19,301 nt of DNA from Meiothermus sp. (GTDB taxonomy: Bacteria > Deinococcota > Deinococci > Deinococcales > Thermaceae), in the NCBI GenBank assembly GCA_033762915.1, contig JANRLD010000104.1:1-19301 (forward strand), written 5' to 3'. Numbering within the stretch: the first letter of the stretch is position 1; every line of letters begins with the position of its first letter. This document shows positions 7,599 through 15,213 of this stretch, piece after piece. The translations under genes and the position numbers were made by a program. Under the pieces are notes generated by a model. It made no database searches, was not told the origin of the DNA, and saw nothing but the letters and a program-made list of their open reading frames with translations.

Positions 7599-9092
7599 TC
7601 ACCCCATCAACGTCCGCACCGCAGGCAGGCTCCCGATCACCGCCACGATCACGCCCAGCACCACCCAGGCGATAGCGCCGGGCATCGCGCCGCCGGTGCG
7701 CTTGTGCAGCCAGCCCAGGAAGACGCTGGCCAGCAGGAAGAACAGGGTGGGGCCGGGGACGAAGACCGCCATGACCAGCGGGGTCATGAAGGTGCCCAGG
7801 TCGCGGTAGCGCTCCTGGGTTAGGCCGCTGCCCACCCCGCGCACTACCAGCTCGAGCAAAGCCAGCCCGAAGAACACCGGGTAGATCAGGCTGAGGTTGC
7901 TCAGATCGAGGGGCCGCCCGAGCAGCGCGTATGCGGCCAGGATGGCCAGCAGCACGCCCCCCGCCCAGACCCCCTCCGACCAGCTCGAGCGCGGACCCAG
8001 CGCAGCGTTGAGGCGCTCGCGCCCGACCCGCAGCATGGTGATCAGGAAGGCCACCAGGCCCAGCAGCAAGTAAAAGATGGGGCGCACCACTTCGCCCTGC
8101 ACCGGGGTGAAGACCGCCAGCAGGTTCTGGTAGAGCACCTGCCCCACCACCACTGCCACCAGCCCGGCCACCGCCACCGCCACCAGCAGCCAGACGTACA
8201 GCGAGCCGGGGCCGTAGCGCCGCTCGCTGGTCATCTCCACCGTTCGCATCGGCTCGATGCGGCTCTCGCCGTAGAGGATGAGGCCCAAAAACACCAGAAA
8301 AACCAGGATCCAGGGCCAGACCTTGCCCAGCAGGGCCGAGGGCAGGCTGGTGCGGGCCGAGAGCTGGCGCATCACCAGCCCGCCCTTCTCGAAGTCGCCC
8401 AGGCCGTAGTAGACGTTGGCCAGCAGGCCGAGGGTCTTGGTGTAGTCGGGGTCGGACGGGCCCAGCCGGGGCAGAACCCCCTCGAGCACCCGCGCCGCCT
8501 GCTCTGGCTTGCCCGAGAGCCACTGCAGTCGGGCCTCGGCCAGCCGCTCGCGGGGGGTGTTGCCCAGCAGGCCCAACCCCTCGGAGGGGCGGCGCAGCCG
8601 CTCGAGGATGCGGGCCACCCCCAGCCGGGCCTCGGCGGCGTCCGGGGCCTCGCGGTAGACCCGCAGGGCCTCCTCGTAGCGCCCGAGATTCTCGAGGGCC
8701 TGGCCCCGCACCAGCAGCACCTCAGTGCTGGGGGTGGCGGGCAGGCGGGCCAGCGCCCCGTTGAAGTCGCCCCGCAGCAAGCTGGACTTGGCTCCCAGGA
8801 ACTGCACCTCGGGGTCGGTGGGGGCCAGGGTGTTGGCCTGCTCGAGGAAGCCGCTGGCCTCCACGGTCTGCTCGCGGTCGAGGTAGCTGCGGGCCAGCAG
8901 TTTAAGGCTGGGCAGGTGGTTGGGGTTAACCGAGAGGGCCAGTTGGCAAGCCGACTGGGCCGGGTCTATGGCCCGCTTGCTGTAAAAGTCCAGGCACTGT
9001 GCGTAGTACTCCTCCGCGCTGCGCTGGGCCTGCACCGTGAATGCAGAAAAAACGATTCCCACGGCAAAAAGAATCGTCCGAAACGACTTCAT
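7599..9092 (-). CDS. exported TPR-repeat protein with C-terminal multi-pass membrane domain
   Basis: Start MKSFRT (TAGACT 7 nt upstream). Signal peptide ending VQA-Q, TPR-like helices (ALSVNPNH, LGRYEEAL), and about 8 C-terminal hydrophobic segments. Confidence 0.8.
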   Translation of the reverse strand: MKSFRTILFAVGIVFSAFTVQAQRSAEEYYAQCLDFYSKRAIDPAQSACQLALSVNPNHLPSLKLLARSYLDREQTVEASGFLEQANTLAPTDPEVQFLGAKSSLLRGDFNGALARLPATPSTEVLLVRGQALENLGRYEEALRVYREAPDAAEARLGVARILERLRRPSEGLGLLGNTPRERLAEARLQWLSGKPEQAARVLEGVLPRLGPSDPDYTKTLGLLANVYYGLGDFEKGGLVMRQLSARTSLPSALLGKVWPWILVFLVFLGLILYGESRIEPMRTVEMTSERRYGPGSLYVWLLVAVAVAGLVAVVVGQVLYQNLLAVFTPVQGEVVRPIFYLLLGLVAFLITMLRVGRERLNAALGPRSSWSEGVWAGGVLLAILAAYALLGRPLDLSNLSLIYPVFFGLALLELVVRGVGSGLTQERYRDLGTFMTPLVMAVFVPGPTLFFLLASVFLGWLHKRTGGAMPGAIAWVVLGVIVAVIGSLPAVRTLMG

Positions 9093-9149
9093 GCGGGTTA
9101 GTCTAACACGGGACGGGGGGCCTTTCGGGGGCAGATAACCCAATGGGAA

Positions 9150-9188
9150 GGGCCAAAGGCCGAGGTTGAGGCGGTCGGCCTTCGGCCC
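9150..9188. repeat. GC-rich intergenic hairpin
   Basis: GGGCCAAAGGCCGA-11 nt-TCGGCCTTCGGCCC: 14-bp stem with one mismatch, between divergent genes. Confidence 0.55.
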
Positions 9189-9459
9189 CTTGCCGGTATA
9201 GCCACCTGGGCCTAAGGTGTTGCGCCGCACGCGTCAAAGGCCTGTTCCGGCCAGCACTACAGGCCTCGAGGGGCCGCTGGCTTGCGCGAAATCCGCCGCG
9301 GCCAACCCCGGTTGCCGCGTCAAAAAACGGCAGGCGCTGCGCAGAGGCTTTCTGGTCTTGGGTGAGGGCAACCCTTCTGCCCCCGCTCGAGTGACAGACT
9401 CCACCCGGCTGGGTAGAATTACGCCACTGGATACAGTCCAGAGGGTATCGGAGGTTGTG

Positions 9460-10152
9460 ATGAGGCGTTGGTGGACGTTGATATGTTTGCTGGTCTTCCC
9501 CCTGGCGGCCGCCCAGACGGCCGACGCGGTGGAAGCCCTGATGAACCAGGGCAGGTTTCAGGAGGCAGCGGAGGCGGGCAGCAGGCTGGGCAGCGCCGAA
9601 GGGCTGATCCTGGCGGCCCGCTCGGCGGCCTTCTACGCCGGCTATCAGGCCCCCGACAGCCAGAAGGCCGACTGGTTCGGCCGGGCCGAGACCCTCGCGC
9701 GGCAGGCCATCCGCGCTGACGGCGACAACCCCGAGGCCTTCTTCGAGCTGGCCAGGGCGCAGGGCCGCCTGGCCCAGTACCGGGGCATCCTCGAGAGCCT
9801 CGGTCTGGCCCAGAGCATCAAGGAGACCCTGGACAAGACCCTCAAGCTCAGCCCCAAGCACGCCGGGGCCAAGGGGGCGCTGGCCCTGTGGAACTACAGC
9901 CTGGTCTCCAAGAACGTGGGCTGGCTCTACGGGGCCAACGGCGGGGTGGTTCAGCCGCTGTTCCTCGAGGCCATTGCCCTCGAGCCGCAGGTCATCATCC
10001 ACAAGGTCGAGTACGCGGGCTACCTGGCCGCCACCAACCGCAAGGAGGAGGCCCGCAAGCAGTACGAGGCCGCCCTGGCGATTGCGCCCAAGACGGCCAT
10101 GGATCGCTTTGACCTCGAGCGGGCCAGGCGCGAACTGGCAGCGCTGAAATAG
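9460..10152 (+). CDS. secreted TPR-like helical protein
   Basis: GGAGG RBS (9450-9454), TAGAAT at 9414-9419, signal peptide MRRWW...AAA-Q, TPR-like segments (AIRADGDNPEAFF, LKLSPKHAGA, AIALEP). Confidence 0.8.
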   Translation: MRRWWTLICLLVFPLAAAQTADAVEALMNQGRFQEAAEAGSRLGSAEGLILAARSAAFYAGYQAPDSQKADWFGRAETLARQAIRADGDNPEAFFELARAQGRLAQYRGILESLGLAQSIKETLDKTLKLSPKHAGAKGALALWNYSLVSKNVGWLYGANGGVVQPLFLEAIALEPQVIIHKVEYAGYLAATNRKEEARKQYEAALAIAPKTAMDRFDLERARRELAALK

Positions 10153-10167
10153 GCTTCCCTCACCCCG

Positions 10168-10190
10168 ACCCCCTCCTGCTGGGAGGGGGT
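10168..10190. terminator. hairpin between convergent genes (terminator or REP-like)
   Basis: ACCCCCTCC-TGCTG-GGAGGGGGT, perfect 9-bp stem 15 nt after the stop codon. No U-tract. Confidence 0.45.
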
Positions 10191-10313
10191 GTGCATTGGG
10201 GCGCGACCTCCGGATGGCCGCAGGGCGGCTACACAAGGGCGGGACGGCTGCAAAGCCCAGGGGTTGCGGGCCGCCGCGCAAAGCCATCCTCCAGACCTTC
10301 CGCCGACAGCCCC

Positions 10314-10661
10314 TTACTGCACGCGGATGGTGCCCCGCATGGTGGCGGCGTGGCTACCCACCGAGCACACGTAGTCGTAGGTTCCGGCCAGGGTCAGCAC
10401 CACCCGTTTGCCACCCCCCGGAGGGATGATCTGCGTATTGAGCCCGGAATTGCCGGGGAAGGTGGCGTCGTGGACGCTGTTGGTGTCGTCGTTGCGGAAC
10501 TCCACGCAGCCGCCAGGCTTAAGGGTGATCTGGCTGGGGCTGAAGCCGCCTTGCACGCTCACCATCCGCACCACAGTGCAGTTGCCGGAGGGGGTGGCGG
10601 GGCTCGGGGTGCTGCCGCAGGCGGCCAGGAAGGCCAGCGGGATGATCGAAGCTAGGCGCAT
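10314..10661 (-). CDS. plastocyanin/azurin-family (type-1 blue copper) lipoprotein
   Basis: Lipobox FLAAC, FSPSQITLKPG, His in SVHD, ligand loop GTYDYVCSVGSHAATMRG (C-x4-H-x3-M). TAGGCT 7 nt before the ATG. Confidence 0.9.
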   Translation of the reverse strand: MRLASIIPLAFLAACGSTPSPATPSGNCTVVRMVSVQGGFSPSQITLKPGGCVEFRNDDTNSVHDATFPGNSGLNTQIIPPGGGKRVVLTLAGTYDYVCSVGSHAATMRGTIRVQ

Positions 10662-10740
10662 ACCCCTCAGCCTACCCGCCCCCGTTGAGATTTCTTAGGC
10701 ACAAGGACGCCGACACGTTTAGCCTTCCTTGAACCTCTAT

Positions 10741-10787
10741 ATACCCCCATGGGGTATTTGACAACTTACCGCCCGCCGATATACCCT
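10741..10787 (+). promoter_or_regulatory. CsoR/CstR-type operator abutting a sigma70 promoter
   Basis: Palindrome ATACCCC-CAT-GGGGTAT (10741-10757) directly followed by TTGACA (10758-10763) and TACCCT (10782-10787, 18-bp spacer). It matches the ATAC-C/G-tract-GTAT operators of the CsoR family. Confidence 0.85.
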
Positions 10788-11036
10788 GATAGCACGACGC
10801 CGGGCTGATCCGGCCAGAGCCAGACCCGATCTACTAAAGGAGCCGACCTTGCTCGCCCCCGCCCACCACAGCCTCACCCCCCCGAGCCCGCGCGGGCAGG
10901 TACGTCGCTGCGGTCAAGCCGCTTCGCCGGACGCCCTTCGCAGGTCCCTCGGCGTCCCAGACCGCCCCCAGACCGACCCCGGTTAGGCCAGTCGGATAAG
11001 CGCCTCGAGAACAGCCTTCCAAAGAGAGGTAAACCC

Positions 11037-11732
11037 GTGGAAAAGATGCTCCCCGAACAAATCCAGCAGCAAGTGCGCGAGGCCCTGAGCGAACTCACCC
11101 AGGAAGTCGAGGTGGTGGTGTTTAAGGGCGGCCTGATCTCCACCGTCGGCGAGGGCGAAGTGGGGTTGCAGGACGAGGCCTTGGCGCTGCTGCGCGAGGT
11201 GGCCGAGCTGAGCGACAGGGTGACGGTAGAAGAGCGCTCGCTGCTCACCGACCCCGAGGCCCAGGCGCTGGGTCTGACCCACGCGCCCACCCTCCTTTTC
11301 AGGGAGAAGGGCTCGAGTCGGAGCAACATCCGCTTCCTGGGGCTGCCCAGCGGCTACGAGTTCGCCACCCTGATCGAGACCCTGGTGATGCTGGGGACAG
11401 GCCGGAGCGACCTCGGCGAGCGCAGCCGGGCCGAACTCGAGGGCCTGAGCGAGCCGGTGCGGATGCAGTCTTTCGTCACCCCGACCTGCCCCTACTGCCC
11501 TCGGGCCGTGCTGGCCGCCTACAAGCTCGCCTTCCACAACCCCCAGGTGATCGCTGAGGGCGTGGAGGCCAGCGAGTTCCCGCGCCTGTCGGGCCAGTTC
11601 CGCATCAGCGGCGTGCCGGACACCATCATCAGCGGCAGGCGGCAGGAGCGGGTGCTGGGGGGGCAGCCGGACCGGGTCTTCTTGGAGGCGGTGCTGAAGG
11701 CCAGCGGGGCGGCGGTAGGGGGCGCGCAGTGA
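11037..11732 (+). CDS. two-unit thioredoxin-fold protein disulfide oxidoreductase (PDO / AhpF N-terminal-like)
   Basis: GAGGT RBS, GTG start. IRFLGLPSGYEF, FVTPTCPYCP, EASEFP...ISGVPDT. Confidence 0.88.
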   Translation: MEKMLPEQIQQQVREALSELTQEVEVVVFKGGLISTVGEGEVGLQDEALALLREVAELSDRVTVEERSLLTDPEAQALGLTHAPTLLFREKGSSRSNIRFLGLPSGYEFATLIETLVMLGTGRSDLGERSRAELEGLSEPVRMQSFVTPTCPYCPRAVLAAYKLAFHNPQVIAEGVEASEFPRLSGQFRISGVPDTIISGRRQERVLGGQPDRVFLEAVLKASGAAVGGAQ

Positions 11733-12094
11733 GGCTCTTGGCCTTCGCCCTGCTCTTGCTCCTGGCGGCCTGCGCCCCCCAGGGCAGCTACAAAAACGTC
11801 GGCGTGGGCGACCTCCAGGCCGCCAGCGAGCCGGGGCGGGTCGTGCTGGACGTGCGCGAGCCGCACGAGTACGCCGAAGGGCACGTGGCGGGCTCGAGGC
11901 TGCTCCCGCTGGCCACCGTTGAGGCCCAGGCAGGCCAGCTCGACAAGAGCGCCCCGGTCTACGTGATCTGCCGCAGCGGCAACCGCTCCAAGACCGCCAG
12001 CGAGGCCCTGGTCAAGATGGGCTTCAAGGACGTCCGCAACGTCGAGGGCGGCATCTTGGCCTGGGCGGCAGCGGGCTACCCCGTGCAGAGATGA
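11729..12094 (+). CDS. rhodanese-domain lipoprotein (sulfurtransferase)
   Basis: Lipobox LLAAC, LDVREPHEYAEGHV, active loop CRSGNRS, NVEGGILAW. GTGA overlap with the previous gene. Confidence 0.92.
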   Translation: MRLLAFALLLLLAACAPQGSYKNVGVGDLQAASEPGRVVLDVREPHEYAEGHVAGSRLLPLATVEAQAGQLDKSAPVYVICRSGNRSKTASEALVKMGFKDVRNVEGGILAWAAAGYPVQR

Positions 12095-12897
12095 GATTCA
12101 CCCCGGACGCCCTGCTGGTCGGCCCGCTGGCGCTGAGCTGGTTCAACCTGGCCCTGCTAACGGGGGCGTTCGTCTTCCTGACCCTGACCGAGCGGCGCGG
12201 GCTGGGGGCCAAGGGCGGCTGGGTGCTGCTGGCCGCGCTGCTTGGGGCCAGGGTGGGGTACGCCCTCGAGCACGCGGGGGTCTGGCCCAGCCTGGGCGCG
12301 GCCCTGCTGGGCGTTCTGGACATCCGCAGCGGGGGCTGGAGTCCAGGGTGGGGCCTCGGAGCGGGCCTGCTGACCGCCACGCTCCTGATGCGCCGTCAGA
12401 CCCTAGCCCTGCTCTCCCCCGCCCTGTTCTCCGTGGCCTTCGCCCTGCTCCCGCTGGGGATGCAGACCGGCCTGCAGCGCGACCTGTCCGGGCCACCCGA
12501 CCTCGAGGCCCGCACCCTGGTTCACCTCGAGGCCGCCCAGACCCGAGAGCTTCGCTGGGCCGAGCTGCCCCGGCCGATGCTGGTCAACGTCTGGGCCACC
12601 TGGTGTGGGCCCTGCCGCCTCGAGATGCCGCTGCTGGCCGAGTATCAGCGCGAGGGGCATCCCGTGGTGCTGCTCAACGCGGGCGAGAGCGGCGCAGCCG
12701 TGCAGGGCTTTCTGAGCGAGACCGGCCTCGAGGCCGCCGTCCTGCTCGACCCCCACAACCTCCGCCAGGTCTTTGCCACCAGTGGCCTCCCCACCACCCT
12801 GCTGATCGGGGCCGATGGGCGCGTCCAGGCCCGCCACATGGGCGCGCTCAACCGCGCCCAGCTCGAGGCCCTACTCAGCCGAATCCAGCCGCAGTAA
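12091..12897 (+). CDS. membrane-anchored TlpA-family disulfide reductase (Lgt-like N-terminal TM region)
   Basis: N-terminal TM region with LLGARVGY and DIRSGG. C-terminal [17 protein letters not shown] and GLPTT. ATGA overlap. Confidence 0.88.
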   Translation: MRFTPDALLVGPLALSWFNLALLTGAFVFLTLTERRGLGAKGGWVLLAALLGARVGYALEHAGVWPSLGAALLGVLDIRSGGWSPGWGLGAGLLTATLLMRRQTLALLSPALFSVAFALLPLGMQTGLQRDLSGPPDLEARTLVHLEAAQTRELRWAELPRPMLVNVWATWCGPCRLEMPLLAEYQREGHPVVLLNAGESGAAVQGFLSETGLEAAVLLDPHNLRQVFATSGLPTTLLIGADGRVQARHMGALNRAQLEALLSRIQPQ

Positions 12898-12898
12898 G

Positions 12899-12915
12899 AT
12901 ACCCCCAGGGGGCAT
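12899..12915. promoter_or_regulatory. second CsoR/CstR-type operator (autoregulatory)
   Basis: ATACCCCCAGGGGGCAT, 15/17 identical to 10741-10757, ending 24 nt before the repressor gene. Confidence 0.8.
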
Positions 12916-12939
12916 ATCCCCCAGCCCGCGAGGTACACC

Positions 12940-13233
12940 TTGAGCGCCACCGCCGAGACCCAGCCCAGCCCCAAACCCAGCCCCACCACCAAGGCCCAGG
13001 TCTTGAACCGGCTGCGCCGCCTGGAGGGCCAGGTGCGCGGCCTGCAAAAGATGGTCGAGGAGGGGCGCGACTGCCACGACATCCTGACCCTGCTGGCAGG
13101 CGTCCGCAGCGCCCTGGACGCGACCGGGGAGATCATTTTCGAGACCTACCTCGAGGAGTGCCAGACCAACCTATCCCGGGGCAAGGGCGACAGCAAGGCC
13201 ATCGTCGAGGCGGTGCGGCTGTTGCGGAAGTGA
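12940..13233 (+). CDS. CsoR/RcnR-family repressor, CstR-like (Cys-Tyr-Cys)
   Basis: [24 protein letters not shown]...L.GVRSAL...YLEEC. GAGGT RBS with TTG start. Confidence 0.92.
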   Translation: MSATAETQPSPKPSPTTKAQVLNRLRRLEGQVRGLQKMVEEGRDCHDILTLLAGVRSALDATGEIIFETYLEECQTNLSRGKGDSKAIVEAVRLLRK

Positions 13234-13263
13234 AGGCAAAAGCCAAAGCCCGAGCTCAAAAGC

Positions 13264-13283
13264 GACCCCCGGGCTGAGGGGTC
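13264..13283. terminator. hairpin between convergent genes
   Basis: GACCCC-CGGGCTGA-GGGGTC, with AAAAGC before and TT after. Confidence 0.45.
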
Positions 13284-13304
13284 TTGCAGTGTCCGGCGTA
13301 AGGT

Positions 13305-13321
13305 GTGGGAACCGCTCTTAG
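13305..13321. repeat. solo end of the GTGGGAACCGCTCTTA repeat family
   Basis: GTGGGAACCGCTCTTAG is identical (17/17) to 7216-7232. Its TTA is the stop codon of the minus-strand gene. Confidence 0.75.
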
Positions 13322-15024
13322 ATCAGCCGCGACTCCTTCGACGCCGCTAGCGCGTTGGCGATGAAGCCCGCCAGCGAGGCCGCGCCGCAACCGGCCCGGG
13401 CAAAGCCGGTCTGGGGGTCGAACAGCTCGGAGGTATAGCCCATGTCCAGGGGGGCCTGCTCGAGCACCATCAGGGCGTCCGCGCTCGGGCGCAGCAGACC
13501 GGCCAGGATGCGGTTGCCCAGGCTGTAGCCGGAGGGCAGCGCGGGCTCTCCGGTCCCCTCGCCGATGAAGCGGCCCCGGTAGCTGTTGGGGTTGTCCTCG
13601 CCCAGAATCCACAGCGCGGTGGCCTGCCATAGCGCGTCCTGGCGGCTGCAAAAGCCGTAGTAGGGCAGCAGGATCAGGCTCCCGGCGGGGTCATCGGCGT
13701 AGGTGTAGCCGCTCACAGTGCCCGGTTCGAAGCTGAAGGTGTAGCGCCCGCCGCGCTCGGCCTGGCGCAGCAGGGTCTCGAGGATGCTGCGGGTCTCCCC
13801 CTTCAGGGTTTCGCGGTGGTGCCAGAAGACCGAAAGGCGGTCCAGGGCCACACACCACAGGGCGTTGTCGTAGGTCAGGTAGGGGTGGGGAACGGATTGG
13901 TCGGAGGGCGAGCGATGGGTGCGGAACAGCGGCAGGGTTGGGTGTCGCTCCTCCTGCACGCGGGCCATGATGTCCTCCATCAGCTCGCGGTAGTGGGCCA
14001 CCAGCTCGGGCTGCGGGCCGGTAGCCTCGAGGTAGCGGGCCAGCGCCAGCGGGTAGGCCGCCGCCTCGTCCAACTCGAAGCCCGGATACAGGGGCGGCCC
14101 TGAGAGGTACTGGGTGTGCTGCCCGGCCCAGCGGGCGTAGTGATCCAGCACCGAGCGCAGCACCACCCGCGCCCGCCTGCGGTCGGCCCGCAGCAGGGCC
14201 GGGAAGAAGTGCAGCAGCCCATCCCGCGCCCGGAAGACCCCCGAGGCACTGGCGTGCAGGCTCTTGGAGCTGAGCAGCACCGGGCGGCCCTCGAGGCTGT
14301 CGGCCTGGGCGTAGAAGTAGCTGAACAGCAAGTGCCGCTGGTAGACCTCCGGCAGCGGCCCGTTGTAGTTGGCGGTGAGCTGCTCGAGCTTGTACAGGGT
14401 CTGGTGCAGCAGGGCGTCCCAGCCGAGCTGCTTCATGTGCAGGGCGGTGGTACGCGCCCCATCGGCCTCGGGAGCCAGCGCCACGTAGATCGTGACCGGC
14501 CCGGAGTCCCACTCCAGCACGTACTGATTGCCCCAGTCGGCGCGGGTGGGCTCGCGGTCGACCTGGATGCCCAGGGCCAGCAGGGTGCGCTCGGCGTTGG
14601 CCTCGAGGGTGTAGCCGCCGGTCTGGGGGTCGTGGCGGGTGCGAAAGCCGGTGAGCAGCTCCTCCTCGCGCAGCCGCCGCAGCCCCAGATACTCGAAGCT
14701 GCCCGAGACCTGCACGGGGCCGCTGGCCAGCGGCTCGAGCCTCAGCACAAACCCCCGCTGGGCGTAGGGAGCCAGCAGCGTGACCTTAAGCTGGCTGTTC
14801 TGCCAGATCGGCACCCACTGGGCCAGCCGACTGAGCGTCCAGTCGCCCCCCGAGACCTCCATCAGCGGAGACCCGACCAGGTCGAGAAGCCCGTTGAGCG
14901 TGGTCGAGACCACCCCGGCTTGCAGGACGCTGGGGGCCATGGGTGAGGTCTCGAGATGCACCTCGAGGTTGCCCGTAGGCAGATGGGCGGGAGGTGCCTC
15001 TACGACGGTACTAAACGGGTTCAT
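13318..15024 (-). CDS. glycoside hydrolase family 125-like (six-hairpin) protein, divergent
   Basis: GFELDE, PSDQ...YLTYDN and DDPAGSL..LPYYGF resemble the GH125 motifs ELDS, PSDD and DDANxPSLLxLPY. Start MNPFST; promoter TGGACA(15080-15075)-16-TAGGAT(15058-15053). Confidence 0.65.
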   Translation of the reverse strand: MNPFSTVVEAPPAHLPTGNLEVHLETSPMAPSVLQAGVVSTTLNGLLDLVGSPLMEVSGGDWTLSRLAQWVPIWQNSQLKVTLLAPYAQRGFVLRLEPLASGPVQVSGSFEYLGLRRLREEELLTGFRTRHDPQTGGYTLEANAERTLLALGIQVDREPTRADWGNQYVLEWDSGPVTIYVALAPEADGARTTALHMKQLGWDALLHQTLYKLEQLTANYNGPLPEVYQRHLLFSYFYAQADSLEGRPVLLSSKSLHASASGVFRARDGLLHFFPALLRADRRRARVVLRSVLDHYARWAGQHTQYLSGPPLYPGFELDEAAAYPLALARYLEATGPQPELVAHYRELMEDIMARVQEERHPTLPLFRTHRSPSDQSVPHPYLTYDNALWCVALDRLSVFWHHRETLKGETRSILETLLRQAERGGRYTFSFEPGTVSGYTYADDPAGSLILLPYYGFCSRQDALWQATALWILGEDNPNSYRGRFIGEGTGEPALPSGYSLGNRILAGLLRPSADALMVLEQAPLDMGYTSELFDPQTGFARAGCGAASLAGFIANALAASKESRLI

Positions 15025-15213
15025 AGCGATGCAGTGTTGTCTGCTCAGGGTTATCCTACGCCTTTTGGGGGGATTGTCCAGTATTGGACCCAACAACTTT
15101 TCACAGCACAACGACACCCACCTCCTCACGCCACATAACGCTCGAGGTCGCAAGCCCAACCTTTTCTGCCCAGTGCGATTTGGGCATAATGCTTTTGACA
15201 GGATGCACTTGTT

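Noticed and set aside
7281..7823. Short ORFs in the SDR-TPR intergenic region
   Set aside because: No RBS or leaderless signal and no recognisable domain. They overlap the repeat arm or are antisense to the TPR gene.
12940..13233. Calling the repressor a canonical copper-sensing CsoR
   Set aside because: The Cu-ligating His is replaced by Tyr and no copper exporter or chaperone is adjacent, so no gene symbol is given.
1771..14946. Long antisense or alternate-frame ORFs (e.g. 1771..2946, 7483..8523, 9103..10287, 12348..13277, 13691..14512, 14116..14946)
   Set aside because: Typical high-GC shadow ORFs of well-supported genes.
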